From the NCBI GenBank assembly GCA_965218795.1, contig OZ244653.1:3104001-3168000 (forward strand): DNA of 64,000 nt. Reading direction: 5' to 3'. Positions 1 through 10,334 of this stretch are shown here, in pieces (positions within the stretch are counted from its first letter, which is position 1; every line of letters starts with the position of its first letter). Origin of the DNA: a bacterium (GTDB lineage: Bacteria > UBA8248 > JACPRG01 > G963555815). The translations under genes and the position numbers were made by a program. Under the pieces are notes generated by a model, which made no database searches, was not told where the DNA came from, and saw only the letters and a program-made list of their open reading frames with translations.

Positions 1-998
1 GCCTCTTCGCTGTATTTTTTCGAGTAGTCCGGCTCGACCGATACGGCCGCGTGGAAACCGAACAGGGCGTTGTGCTGCTCCACCTCCCACTCTTCACAGC
101 GTTTGACGATGATGTCGGGCAGGTATTCAGCCCCGACCATCTTGAGGAACGTGGCCGGCGGATCGACTTCCGAGGCGATGAACCGGCTCGCCGTGAATTT
201 CTGGCCGTTGGACAGCTCGACGCCAGTGGCCCGCCCGCCTTCCACCGTGATTCGCTCGACGTGGCACCCGTTCAGGATGACGCCGCCGTGTGCGTGGAAA
301 TAGGCCGCCAGCGAGTGGGCCAGCTGGGACGTCCCCCCGCGGATGATGCTCAGCCGGGGAGAGGCGGAGTAACGCAGAAAAAAGTCCCCCACGCCCGGAT
401 AGAAATCCGTGTTCCCCCGGACGCAGGCGTTGACGGCGATGAAGGTCTTCAGCTTGTCCGATTCGTACAGCTCGTCCATGAGCTCGCGTCCGCTCATGGC
501 GCAGTGGCGCTGGTAATCGCGGCGGACACTGTCGGGCAGACCGCCTCCCCGCTCCTCGCTGGGCTTGGGAGGCGCATAGAACTCCTCCTCCACCTTGACG
601 AGGTAGCGGTAGAAAATTTCCTCCAGCGTGTCGGCATCCGCCTTGCCGATGACGTCCTTGAACTGTTTGTACGTTCGGTGGGGGTCGTCGGTATAGGTGG
701 TCAGCGTGGTTCCGTCATCGAACAGATAACACCGCTCGACCTCGCCATACATCAGCTTCAGGCCGTATTTGTCGAGCTCGAAATCCTGGTGGGGAGGGCC
801 GTACGACCAGGTGAAGTTGGCGTGCAGGTTGTGATAGACGCCGGGGACCGTGACCTCTTCGGTGATGGTCGCGCCGCCGTAGTGCAGGCGTCTCTCGAGC
901 ACCAGCACCTTGAGCCCTTGTTTCGCCATGTACCCCGCGAGCGTCAACCCGTTGTAACCGCTTCCGATGATAATTCCGTCGAATTCACCGTCGGGCAT
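1..998 (-). CDS. NAD(P)/FAD-dependent oxidoreductase, phytoene desaturase family (3' end runs off the window)
   Basis: Not in the ORF track because it is open-ended. Manual translation from ATG 998 after a GGAGG RBS gives MPDGEFDGIIIGSGYNGLTLAGYMAKQGLKVLVLERRLHYGGATITEEVTVPG, with a Rossmann GxGxxG and an E-R...GG motif. Confidence 0.85.
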   Translation of the reverse strand, partial: MPDGEFDGIIIGSGYNGLTLAGYMAKQGLKVLVLERRLHYGGATITEEVTVPGVYHNLHANFTWSYGPPHQDFELDKYGLKLMYGEVERCYLFDDGTTLTTYTDDPHRTYKQFKDVIGKADADTLEEIFYRYLVKVEEEFYAPPKPSEERGGGLPDSVRRDYQRHCAMSGRELMDELYESDKLKTFIAVNACVRGNTDFYPGVGDFFLRYSASPRLSIIRGGTSQLAHSLAAYFHAHGGVILNGCHVERITVEGGRATGVELSNGQKFTASRFIASEVDPPATFLKMVGAEYLPDIIVKRCEEWEVEQHNALFGFHAAVSVEPDYSKKYSEE

Positions 999-1141
999 GG
1001 GTCTCCTCCCTTTTGAGTCCTGTTCTGAGTAGCGGTATGGCCTCATCCGGCAATACTTGATTTTCAGGAAGGTGGGGTATGCGCGAGCCCCCCCTCTGGA
1101 CAATGACCGGTTTCAGGAAATGGATCCGAAACGGATTTTCG

Positions 1142-2392
1142 TTATACCTCTGAACCGAATACGTTCAAATCCGCGGCTCCCGGCGTCGTAGAGACGATCC
1201 GGCCGGCTCGGATCACAAGAAGTCTCGCGGGCCGATCCATGATGACCGTGTCCGGCTGGGTGGAATCCAGAACGAGGAGGTCCGCCCGTGAACCCGCCTG
1301 GACGCCATAGGGCTCGCCTAACCCGACCGCCTTGGCGGGCCGGGCCGTAACCATGTCGAGGAGCTTGGAGACCTCGTTGGGGCTCCATTGGGCGGCCAGG
1401 GCTGTGAGTATGGCCGCCTCCAGGGTGTCCGCCCGCCCGTAGGGTCCGAAGGGATCCTGTACGTTGTCCGAGGCGCAATAGACGTTGACGCCGGCCTCTT
1501 CGAGTTCCTTCACGCGCGTGATGCCCCTCCGAATGGGCTGGGTGTCCTGACGGCCCTGGAGGTACAGATTGCAAAAGGGCATGGTGATCACGGAGACGCC
1601 CGCCCTGGATACTTTTTCGATGATCCGGCCGGCCGTGGCGTCGTCCATGGCGGCCAGCGAGCAGCAATGGCCCGCAACGACGCGTCCCTGGTACCCTTCC
1701 GCCAGGGTCTTTTCGGCCAGGATTTCCAGGGTCTGATCGTCGGGATTGTCGGACTCGTCAATGTGCATGTCAATGGGGAGATCCCGCGCCATTGCCATCT
1801 CGAAGGCGACGTCGATATGTTCATTCGGTTCTTGTGAGAGAGTCGGAGATCCCCCCACCACATCGGCGCCCATGTCGATGGCGGCCTCGAACCGTTCCCG
1901 GTCGGCTCCTTTTCCCAGAGGGCCGGAAATTCCGCTGGCAAAGGCGGTGACCTGGAGGTTCACCTTGTCCCGGTACGCCTCCCGGAGTCTCACCAGGGCC
2001 TCCATCCCCCGAAGCTCGTTGGAGGGGTCTACATCGACGTGCGTCCGGACAGTTGTCGCGCCATGGGAAATGAACATTTGCAGGCACCGTTCGGCGCGCC
2101 CGTAAATTTCCTCGGCGGTCGTCGACTGCTTGAATTCGCCCATCGCCTGAATGGCTCCCAGAAGGGTGCCTTCAGGGTTCTCGCAGAGGTCGAGCGACAG
2201 GGCCTTGTCCAGATGGGTATGCCCGTCCACCAGACCGGGGATCACAACCCGTCCGGCGAGATCGATGGCTCCACTCTCCGGCGCCTCCAACTTCTCGCCC
2301 ACGGCTTTGATGCGTCCGTCTTCCAACAAAATGTCGCGGGGAGATTCCCATTCGGGGGATACCGCGTTCCGCAGCAGCCTGGAAGTGGTCAT
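1142..2392 (-). CDS. codA: Cytosine deaminase-like metal-dependent amidohydrolase
   Basis: Motifs PGLVDGHTHLDK, RTHVD, DMHIDESD and ASDNVQDPFGPYG. Likely start is MTTSRLL at 2392 (track ORF 1142..2458). Exact substrate uncertain. Confidence 0.8.
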   Translation of the reverse strand: MTTSRLLRNAVSPEWESPRDILLEDGRIKAVGEKLEAPESGAIDLAGRVVIPGLVDGHTHLDKALSLDLCENPEGTLLGAIQAMGEFKQSTTAEEIYGRAERCLQMFISHGATTVRTHVDVDPSNELRGMEALVRLREAYRDKVNLQVTAFASGISGPLGKGADRERFEAAIDMGADVVGGSPTLSQEPNEHIDVAFEMAMARDLPIDMHIDESDNPDDQTLEILAEKTLAEGYQGRVVAGHCCSLAAMDDATAGRIIEKVSRAGVSVITMPFCNLYLQGRQDTQPIRRGITRVKELEEAGVNVYCASDNVQDPFGPYGRADTLEAAILTALAAQWSPNEVSKLLDMVTARPAKAVGLGEPYGVQAGSRADLLVLDSTQPDTVIMDRPARLLVIRAGRIVSTTPGAADLNVFGSEV

Positions 2393-2454
2393 GGCGTTAC
2401 CTTCTTGCCTCACGAGGATTGACAGGGTCGTGACCCGCTCCAATCGACATTGTT

Positions 2455-4737
2455 TCAATGAACGACGGTCCGTCCTTCATGCAATGCATCCAGGATAACG
2501 GACGGCGTGACCGGGGTCGAAAGAAATCGGATGCCCAGGGCGTGGTGCAGGGCATTGGAAAACGCGGGCGGGAACGGGTTCATCGGCAGCTCGGCGATCC
2601 CCTTCGCCCCGACCGGCGAGGTTTCTTCAGGGGATTCGATCCAGGCGGTTTCGATTTCGGGAATGTCCATCGAGGTCGGAATCAGGTAATCCGCGAGCGA
2701 GGCGTTCTGGTGAATGCCGTCCTTGAGGACCAAATCCTCCATGTACGCACAGCCCAGCCCCATGATCACTCCGCCCTCGGATTGGCCTTCGACCCCCACG
2801 GGATTGATCACGCGACCCGGATCCAACAGAGAGAGGACCTTCTGGACTTCGAACTCACCCGTTGTCACGTCCACGTCCACCTGGACGAGGTGCACGGCGA
2901 AGGCGAATAAATAGGGGGGCAGCCAATCGTCGTCACCATGGAACTGAGCCGCCTGAAAGAACCCTTCGGCCTGGAGGGGACCTTCCCTCGCCAGGTCGGC
3001 CCATGAGATTTCGACGTCGGCCGGTGGACGGCCGCGGACAAAGCCGTCCTCCAGGTACAGGTTATCCCGGGGGACGTCCGCCCGGTCCGAGGCGCGGGAG
3101 AGGATTTCATCCTTCAGCGCGGAAGCGGCCTGATGAACGGCGCTGGCCCCCATGTACACCGTCCGCGACGCGTTGGTGGGGCCCCCGTCCGGGGAATCCG
3201 TGTCGCCTTCGACCATCCGGAAGCGCTCAACCTCGCAGTTCAGAATTTCGGCCGCCACCTGCGCGATGGCCGTCAGATTGCCCGTGCCGATTTCCGTAAT
3301 CCCGGATTCAATGACGATCTCGTCGTCCTGGACTCGAACCTCGGCGGCGGTTTCATCCTTGATCCGGGAGCCCATGCACCAGTTTTTCATGGAGAGCGCC
3401 GCACCGACGCCGGTCCTGCAGTCTTTCCGGCGCTCAGGCGGGAGGTCCGGCTGCTCGGCGCGGATCCGTTCCCGCTCTGCGTAGAGCGGATGGGTTCGGG
3501 CCGATTCCAGGAGCTCGGCGACCGGCGCCGAGATTTCCAGGGTCTTGTTCCCAATCATCGTCTTCCCTTTGCCCACGCAATTTCGGAGGCGAAATTCGAT
3601 CGGGTCCAATCCCGCCCGTTCGGCCAGCATGTCCATGAAGATCTCGATGGCGAACGCGGGCTGCGCGGAGCCGAAGCTTCGGAAGGCTCCCCCGAACGAG
3701 CCGTGGGAGAAGATGGTCGAGGCTTCGAGCTTGGCGGCGGGAAGGGAATACGCCCCGCAGGAATGCGTGAGGGCGACATTCGTGATGACGTGGCCGTAGG
3801 ACAGATAAGGCCCGGTGTCGTTCTCGACGCTGACCGAAAGACCCGTGAGGGTCCCGTCCTCCCGGACCCCGCCCTTGTAACGGAATCGCATGCTGTGCCG
3901 CTTGGTCCCCGAGACGATGGATTCCTCCCGATCCAGAACCACGCGGGCCGGCCGGCCCGTCAGCCGGGTCACCAGGGCCGGATAGATCTGGACGGTGATC
4001 TCCTCCTTCCCTCCGAAGGCGCCCCCATGAATCGGGTTAATGACGCGGACCTCACCCTCCGTCATCCCCAGGGCCTCGGCGATCTGGGTGCGGTCAAACT
4101 GGGGAAATTGACCGGTGGCGACGACGGTCAACCTTCCCTCATTGTCCAGATAGGAAAAGGAGGACTCGGTCTCCAGGTAAATGTGGGACTGGGCCTGGGT
4201 TTGGAAGCGCTCTTCGACGGTCCAGTCGGCTTCGCTGAACCCCGCCTCCAGGTCGCCCCAGGCCACCTGAATATCCTTGAAGACGTTCGAGTCGCCGTGA
4301 ATCGCCTCGGCCCCATCGGACAAGGCGTCTTCAATGGAGAGGAGGGGTGGAAGGTCTTCGTACTGTACGCTGATCTTCGCAAGGGCCCGGTCCGCCGATT
4401 CCGGAGTTTCGGCCGCGACCAGCGCCACGGCGTCTCCCTCATACCTCACGACGTCTTCACAAAGAACCGGCCGGTCGGCCACGACCGCCCCGCAGAGATT
4501 GCGCCCGACGACGTCCCGCGCCGTCAATACGGCTGCAACGCCCGGTTGCCGGGCGGCCTCACTCGTATCCACGCCCAGGATCCGCGCATGAGGGCGTCCA
4601 GCCCGAAGGATACGCACCCAGAGCATCCCTTCCTCCGTCAGGTCGGAGGGGTACAGGAGGGCGCCCGTCGCCTTTGCGGGAGCGTCCACGCGCGGGACGG
4701 GTTTTCCCAGGTGACGCCATTCCGTGAGGCTTCCCAA
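2455..4737 (-). CDS. Xanthine dehydrogenase/aldehyde oxidoreductase family molybdopterin-binding large subunit
   Basis: 760 aa; motifs GKPVPRVDAPAKATG, GGAFGGKE, AFRSFGSAQ, GGPTNASR, GQSEGG and GAKGIAE (catalytic Glu region). Confidence 0.9.
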   Translation of the reverse strand: MGSLTEWRHLGKPVPRVDAPAKATGALLYPSDLTEEGMLWVRILRAGRPHARILGVDTSEAARQPGVAAVLTARDVVGRNLCGAVVADRPVLCEDVVRYEGDAVALVAAETPESADRALAKISVQYEDLPPLLSIEDALSDGAEAIHGDSNVFKDIQVAWGDLEAGFSEADWTVEERFQTQAQSHIYLETESSFSYLDNEGRLTVVATGQFPQFDRTQIAEALGMTEGEVRVINPIHGGAFGGKEEITVQIYPALVTRLTGRPARVVLDREESIVSGTKRHSMRFRYKGGVREDGTLTGLSVSVENDTGPYLSYGHVITNVALTHSCGAYSLPAAKLEASTIFSHGSFGGAFRSFGSAQPAFAIEIFMDMLAERAGLDPIEFRLRNCVGKGKTMIGNKTLEISAPVAELLESARTHPLYAERERIRAEQPDLPPERRKDCRTGVGAALSMKNWCMGSRIKDETAAEVRVQDDEIVIESGITEIGTGNLTAIAQVAAEILNCEVERFRMVEGDTDSPDGGPTNASRTVYMGASAVHQAASALKDEILSRASDRADVPRDNLYLEDGFVRGRPPADVEISWADLAREGPLQAEGFFQAAQFHGDDDWLPPYLFAFAVHLVQVDVDVTTGEFEVQKVLSLLDPGRVINPVGVEGQSEGGVIMGLGCAYMEDLVLKDGIHQNASLADYLIPTSMDIPEIETAWIESPEETSPVGAKGIAELPMNPFPPAFSNALHHALGIRFLSTPVTPSVILDALHEGRTVVH

Positions 4738-4896
4738 TGGTGTTTCCCCTTCAAGGTTTTCGGGAATTTCAACGGATTATACCTTACCATAGGGAAGGCG
4801 CCCCGCCGGGCGGGATCCGGATTCAGAAGGCTCAAAAGGTTCCGGCGCCTGGACTCGATTTTATTTCCTCGAAATGGGTCATAGAGGGAGCGACCG

Positions 4897-5400
4897 ATGA
4901 AATCAGAAGATATCGATGCGAACCCCGAAATGGAAGATCCAAAAAGCGCACATACGGGGCGGCGGTTTTTTTGAAGGAGCTCATGGGGCTGGCCGGTCTG
5001 TCGGCGGCCGGAACCCTGTGGATCCCCATGGAAGCCGCCGCGGGGAAAGGGCTGCCCGAAATCAGGCAGCCTTTGAAATCCGGTCCGGACCATTTCATGG
5101 CCCGCGCCGCCGAGATGAGGCGCAAGGCAGTGGAGAGCGGCGATCTGGCCTACGGCGCGATCATCGTTAAGGATGGACGGATTGTCGGTGAGGGACCTGG
5201 CCGGGTGATCGTCAACCACGACCCCACTGACCACGGTGAGATGGAGGCAATCCGGGATGCGGGTCGCAGGTTGGGGACAAACGGTCTCAGTGGGTGCGAG
5301 ATTTACACGACGGCCAGCCCCTGTCAGATGTGCGAGACTGTCTGCTATTGGCCAATCCGTCGCTGTTTCCCTCTCCCAGTGGGAGAGGGTTGGGTGAGGG
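4897..5400 (+). pseudogene. Nucleoside/guanine deaminase (CDA/TadA fold) with a Tat signal; frameshifted and C-terminally disrupted
   Basis: HGE...PCQMC zinc motif in track ORF 4737..5486. ATG 4897 after GAGGGAG reads MKSEDIDANPEMEDPKSAHTGRRFF-stop. One extra T in the T7 run (4966-4972) would give TGRRFFLK... in frame with the deaminase. Homology appears lost after CYW, where a REP-like hairpin sits. Confidence 0.7.
5369..5400. repeat. REP-like palindromic element CCCTCTCCC-agt-GGGAGAGGG-ttgggtgaggg
   Basis: Perfect 9-bp stem with a 3-nt loop plus a GGGTGAGGG tail, matching a widespread bacterial intergenic repeat. Confidence 0.7.
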
Positions 5401-5501
5401 CATCCGGATGGAAGTGGCGGCTGCGGGGAGATGGCGCGGCTCGTCCTGTCTTCCGGATCGCTCCATGGCGATTTCGAAAGGGATAGAAGGAGGGTGAATC
5501 A

Positions 5502-5942
5502 ATGGATCTCTTGTACACGACAAGCTATTCGTGGCCGTTGTTCCTGATTCGCGTATTCCTGGGTATCGTGGTGTTCGCCCACGGAGCGCAAAAGCTTTTC
5601 GGGTGGTTCGGAGGGCATGGTCTGAGGGGAACCAACGAGTACATGAAGAACGCGCTTGGGATTTCCCCGTTCTTCGCCACGCTGGCGGCATTGGTGGAAA
5701 CTTTCGGCGGTCTTGCCCTGATCCTCGGCGTGTTTTCCCGTCTGGCGGCGCTTGGCGTGATCATCGTGCAGGCGGTGGCAATTGCCAAGGTTCACAAGGG
5801 GAACGGGTTCTTCATCAACTGGGCCATGGCCGAGGGCAAGCGTCACGGCTGGGAGATGAGCTTTGTATTGATCGGCATGGCCCTCACCATCCTGTTCTCG
5901 GGCGGCGGCTTGATGTCAATCGATCTGGCAGTTTTTTACTAG
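5502..5942 (+). CDS. DoxX family membrane protein
   Basis: RVFLGIVVFAHGAQKLFGWFGG, E.FGG...LG and GGG..SID motifs; four hydrophobic segments. Confidence 0.9.
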   Translation: MDLLYTTSYSWPLFLIRVFLGIVVFAHGAQKLFGWFGGHGLRGTNEYMKNALGISPFFATLAALVETFGGLALILGVFSRLAALGVIIVQAVAIAKVHKGNGFFINWAMAEGKRHGWEMSFVLIGMALTILFSGGGLMSIDLAVFY

Positions 5943-6755
5943 GGCCTGTTAGCACTAATGGGTGGGGTTATGTTATCCTTTGCGGATGGAGATCACCCAA
6001 GCTCAGTACGAACGCATTGCGCCCTCCCTGCCGGTGCAGCGCGGCAACGTCAGCGTGTCGAACCTGCAAGTGCTCAACGCCATCCTGTACGTCGCCGAGC
6101 ATGGCTGCAAGTGGCGGGGGCTGCCGACCCGGTTCGGTAACTGGCACACCATCTACACGCGGATGAACCGCTGGTCCAGGAACGGGGTGCTCGACCGGGT
6201 CTTCGAGCAGTTGCAGCGGGAACGGATCGTGCGCATCAAGCTCGAGGCGGTGTCGCTGGACAGCGCCATCGTCAAGGTCCATCCCGACGGTACGGGTGCG
6301 CTAAAAAAACGGCCCCCAGTCCATCGGCCAGTCCCGGGGCGGCTGGACCACCAGGATTCATCTGGTTGCCGCGGATGCTCGAACGGCCCTGACGTTCTCG
6401 CTGTCGCCCGGACAGGCGCATGACGTGCCGGAAGGGCGCAAGCTGCTGAACCGCCTGGGTCGGCGGTCGGGCAACCCGTCCCTGGTGATGGATCGCGCAT
6501 ACGAGGGCAGCGAGACACAAAGGCTGGCCTTGGCGCTGGGGTTTACACCGGTGGTTCCGCCTCTGAAGGCCCGGCACGATCCCTGGGCGTACGACCGGGA
6601 GACGTACAAGAGGCGCAACGAGATCGAGCGTCTGTTCCGGCGATTGAAGGGCTTTCGGCGGATCTTCACCCGCTTCGAGAAGCTCGACGCCCTGTACCTC
6701 GGGTTCATCCTGTTCGCGCTCATCGTCGATGCACTGCGCTAGGGTTAACAGGCCC
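5942..6755 (+). mobile_element. IS5-family (IS427-like) insertion sequence, apparently complete
   Basis: Terminal inverted repeats GGGCCTGTTA / TAACAGGCCC; TA target duplication at 5940-5941 and 6756-6757; two-ORF transposase. Confidence 0.9.
5986..6742 (+). CDS. IS5-family transposase expressed via a programmed -1 frameshift
   Basis: orfA has GCKWRGLP.RFGNWHTIY.R..RW and SLDS; slippery CTAAAAAAAC at 6301-6310; orfB has MDRAY and YKRRNEIERLFRRLKGFRRIFTRFEK. Confidence 0.88.
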
Positions 6756-6829
6756 TAAGACATTCGAGTGCAGGCATCCGGGGGAGCTCGTTTCCCCTTT
6801 GCAAGACATCATTTGTTCGGTTACAGCCA

Positions 6830-7167
6830 TAAGCACGTTCTATTCAGCCGTGAAACTCCGCTATTCTATTGATATTATTGTTAATATCCATTATTCAAAA
6901 TCTCATTTGGAACCTGCCTTTTACAGTCCGTAATCAAAATGAAAGCGGATTCGTTAAAACCCCTGCGCATTTTGGCGAGTCCCTGTCGTAAGCATTCAGT
7001 CGTGGGGTGACAGCGCCGAGACCGGCGACAGCTGCAGGATATTCGGGCGTATCCAGTTCATAGCTAGAATTCTCCATCTTGTCGATCACATCATTGAGCC
7101 CACCGTCACGCTTGCCAAAGTCCGAACCGCAACAGCTTGCTTACGGTTAGCTTCAGTGCCCAGCAAC
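6830..7167. repeat. Copy 1 of a diverged bipartite direct repeat flanking the three-gene cassette
   Basis: 6830-6997 aligns by eye with 13743-13909 (shared ctattgatattattg, agtccgtaatcaaaatgaaagcggattcgt, aaaacccctgc, ggcgagtccctgtcg). 7115-7167 aligns with 13922-13975 (ccaaagtccga.ccgcaacagcttgcttacggtta). Confidence 0.85.
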
Positions 7168-7472
7168 ACCCATTCAGGAACCACCGATCCACGCCCTCGG
7201 CGCAATCGACCACAGCAACGATGACCTCAGATCGGGTGCTCGCCAGCACAGTCCATGTCCAAGACGCGGATTATCGCAGCCTACAGCCCCCTTTGGTCTG
7301 GATACTCCGCTTCTCTCGGTTCGATCTGTCACGTTCCGTCCATCGTCACTGTATTCTGGCCTAGCCATCGCTTCTCATCGTGAGCTGAATCAACATCTGA
7401 GCCATGAGAACACCTCCTCTGCACAGCCAGAAAGTGTTCACTAAGAATGGGAAAACTCCGCTGAGACGCCCC

Positions 7473-10334
7473 TTAAGTAGACCGTACGTCCAACTCCAGA
7501 TTGAAGCTCAGTTCGTCTGCAATGCTCTTCGGGAGTCGGGCGACCGTATTCGAATCACGGGTTATCAAGCGCGCAACCTCGTCCTGGCCCATCACAACGC
7601 GAAACCACTGCTCCCGCTCGGTCATCACCCGGTATTGGCGCTCATCGGCGGCCCCCGCCAAGTAGGGGAGATAGACACTGATGGGTTCTTGCCCCTCTGC
7701 CTTGCAGCCGAGTCGGTCGACGCGGCCGGTCCGCTGCTCGATGCTGCTCGGGTTCCACGCGAGGTCGTGGTGGATGACGTGGCGGCAGTAGCGCTGGAGG
7801 TCAACCCCTTCGCCCATGACCTGGCTGCAGATGAAGATGTCGGGGAAAAACGGCGTGTTGAATGCACGCATGAGACGTGATCGAGTGTCGCGCTTCGTCG
7901 CGCCGGTCGCCACCTGCACGTTCGCGAGGGTGACGATGGACTCCTTTCCGGCCTCGTCGTCCACTGCCATAAGATCTGCATCGACGCGGATCCCACTGGT
8001 CGTCGTCCCGGCCGTGGCCTCTAGATAGTCGACTCGCTCCGTGGCGGAGCAGTGCTTGGTCAGAAAATCGACAAACCCCTCGAACTTGGCCCGCCAAGTC
8101 ATCCTTGAGGCGTCTTCGTTATCCAGCATACGCTCCACTGCAATAGTCGGAGCCAGCGCCTCGTACTCGCCGAGAGGGAAACAGCGGACTAAGGTCGTTC
8201 GAACTCGCAAGTAACGGCGCATGACATCAATGGCTCGCGCCAGGTCCGGTTCCGGTACTCGCAAGTCTAAGAGGTCATCCCGACGGCGATCCACGATGGA
8301 CCGGAGCGCGTGGTCGATCGCTCTGCGGCCCGGTGCCTCTGGATCATCAAAGTATCGGTCCTGGATACGCTTTAGGACGTGGTCGACTTTCACCGCCGAG
8401 AGGCGCCGCTGGGCGAGCGCCACAGTCCGCAGCTCGATTTCCTTGCTAATGTGAATGCGAAGCGCGGCACAAGTCTGCCGATAGAAAGCGAACACGAGGA
8501 CCTTTTCCCCGGCTTCCCACAGATCGACGACTCTTCCTACCGTCGCTGCGATCTTGGGGTGGTTCTTGCCCGTACACTGCTTGAGCGCGGCATCAAACTC
8601 CTGTAGGTACCAAGCCGAGTGCGTGAGATCGACGCTGTCGGGCCTGTCGTCATGTTCATCGCGCTCAGGAGCACGTTGCTCCCGTGTGTTGCGAAAGGCT
8701 TCGTAGGACGAGCACAGGGCTTCGCCCAGTAGATCTTTCCCTGGATTGACCGCGCTACGGGCAGCAAGAAAGAAGGGCAGTAGTTGGTCCGCCGGCACTG
8801 GCAAGCCGGTCGCGCCAGCTTCGTCGGCCACCGCCGCCCCGTCGATGCGTCGGCGGCGCTCAATCTCGGTCCCGACCCAGTGGGTGCCTTTGTTATGGCG
8901 GACGATCCACTGGCGAAGAGCCTCTTCGGCCGAGTCTCGGCATCGACGCGTCTCTTCGAGGCCTTCCACGACCGCACGCTGGTGGCCGGTAAGCTCGTCA
9001 CGAGGTGAGCTCCGAAGCCGTGTCCACCACGCCTCCATGTCTTCCTCGCAGTCTTCGGGGCGCAACCGACTCCAGCGGCGCTGCAGACCCACTGCGGCAC
9101 GCTGGCTGTCATCGAGACGTTTCCTGAGCGTCCGGAGGCGCGCGCGAAACCTCTCCCGTTCGCCGAACTGGATCGGATCCCATCGAACGTCGGCGAAACG
9201 TTCCAGGACGCAGACCAACTCGTGGTGGCCGAGCTGAAACGGCGTCGCCGTGAGGAAGAGCATTCGATCGAACGCCCGTGCCATGGCCCCGTCGCCGGTT
9301 CGGAGATCGTGGTCCGAATCCGGAGACTGGAGCTGTCTGGCAAGCGACGTTCCTGGATTCTTGAGATGGTGCGCCTCGTCCATGACCAGAAGGGGCGACC
9401 GCCACTGTGCTTGGGAGAGGAGGTCTTTCCAGAGCTCTTCCTCAACCTCCCTCAGAGCAGCGCGCACTTTGTTGAGGCGTTCGGAGACCCGCTCCTGTCC
9501 CCCTCGAGCGCGCAGCGGCATCTGCTTCAACGCATTGGCGAGCGGCGACAAGTCGATGCGGTGGAGAGCGCGCGCGACGGACTTGGGCACAGGGTCATCA
9601 TCGAGACGTTTTCGCTTGTCGCTCACCGCATCGTTGTAGATTTGCTTCCACGCAGACGATTCCGTCTGCAGAAGGCTCTTCCACAGCTCGTCGCCCCAGT
9701 CGTGTGCTTGCTCCTCACCGATTGCCCGCAACAGCTCGGCGAGGAAGCGGTGGATCTGTTGCTTCACCTTGATGAGCCGTTCCGCACGACCGCGACCGTG
9801 CCGCCTCAGTGCTTCGGAAATTAGCGCCAGACGAACCCACTTGTCCGTCTGACGACGGGACATGGCGCCTTGAGCCAACAGGATGAGTTGGCAGCGCTGG
9901 CGAGGTGGATCGTCGAGAAGCCGCATCAGGTCGACACTGTGCCGCGCCGTGCCGTAGCGCAGGGACTCGGAGGCGGTCAGTTCCTTGCGTGTTGCACCAT
10001 CGCGACAAACCGGACGGCGATTCTCGATGTAGAGTTCACAGAAGGTCGTAAGGTCCTGCTCCCATTTGTCGATGAGGTTCGCCGGGACCATCACGATGAC
10101 CGGCCCTTGCGGGTTTCGGGCGGCGACGCTATACGCGATGGCGAGCGCGACGAAAGTCTTTCCCATGCCGACCTCGTCGGCGAGAATCACACCGGACTGT
10201 CGGCGCAGTCGCGCCAGGATCGCCTCGACTTCCGCGCGCTGGCGTGTTTGGTCCGCCACGGGAACACGGTTGTTCAACTCAGCCCCAAGCACCAGTTCGG
10301 GTGGGGTGCGGTACGGATCGCCTTTTATCGGCAT
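7473..10334 (-). CDS. SNF2-family (SF2) helicase/ATPase, putative defence-system subunit (ZacC-like)
   Basis: Motif I LADEVGMGKT, Ia VPANL..KW, II MDEAHH, III LTATPFQ, IV KVLVFAFY, V GEGVDLQ, VI WNPSSIEQRTGRVDR; start overlaps the upstream gene's stop. Confidence 0.9.
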   Translation of the reverse strand: MPIKGDPYRTPPELVLGAELNNRVPVADQTRQRAEVEAILARLRRQSGVILADEVGMGKTFVALAIAYSVAARNPQGPVIVMVPANLIDKWEQDLTTFCELYIENRRPVCRDGATRKELTASESLRYGTARHSVDLMRLLDDPPRQRCQLILLAQGAMSRRQTDKWVRLALISEALRRHGRGRAERLIKVKQQIHRFLAELLRAIGEEQAHDWGDELWKSLLQTESSAWKQIYNDAVSDKRKRLDDDPVPKSVARALHRIDLSPLANALKQMPLRARGGQERVSERLNKVRAALREVEEELWKDLLSQAQWRSPLLVMDEAHHLKNPGTSLARQLQSPDSDHDLRTGDGAMARAFDRMLFLTATPFQLGHHELVCVLERFADVRWDPIQFGERERFRARLRTLRKRLDDSQRAAVGLQRRWSRLRPEDCEEDMEAWWTRLRSSPRDELTGHQRAVVEGLEETRRCRDSAEEALRQWIVRHNKGTHWVGTEIERRRRIDGAAVADEAGATGLPVPADQLLPFFLAARSAVNPGKDLLGEALCSSYEAFRNTREQRAPERDEHDDRPDSVDLTHSAWYLQEFDAALKQCTGKNHPKIAATVGRVVDLWEAGEKVLVFAFYRQTCAALRIHISKEIELRTVALAQRRLSAVKVDHVLKRIQDRYFDDPEAPGRRAIDHALRSIVDRRRDDLLDLRVPEPDLARAIDVMRRYLRVRTTLVRCFPLGEYEALAPTIAVERMLDNEDASRMTWRAKFEGFVDFLTKHCSATERVDYLEATAGTTTSGIRVDADLMAVDDEAGKESIVTLANVQVATGATKRDTRSRLMRAFNTPFFPDIFICSQVMGEGVDLQRYCRHVIHHDLAWNPSSIEQRTGRVDRLGCKAEGQEPISVYLPYLAGAADERQYRVMTEREQWFRVVMGQDEVARLITRDSNTVARLPKSIADELSFNLELDVRST

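Noticed and set aside
51-1016. 321-aa plus-strand ORF
   Set aside because: Antisense shadow of the real minus-strand FAD oxidoreductase (1..998).
7170-7460. Short ORFs downstream of the helicase (GAGGAGG RBS near 7415)
   Set aside because: Multiple stops and no recognisable protein; probably decayed sequence.
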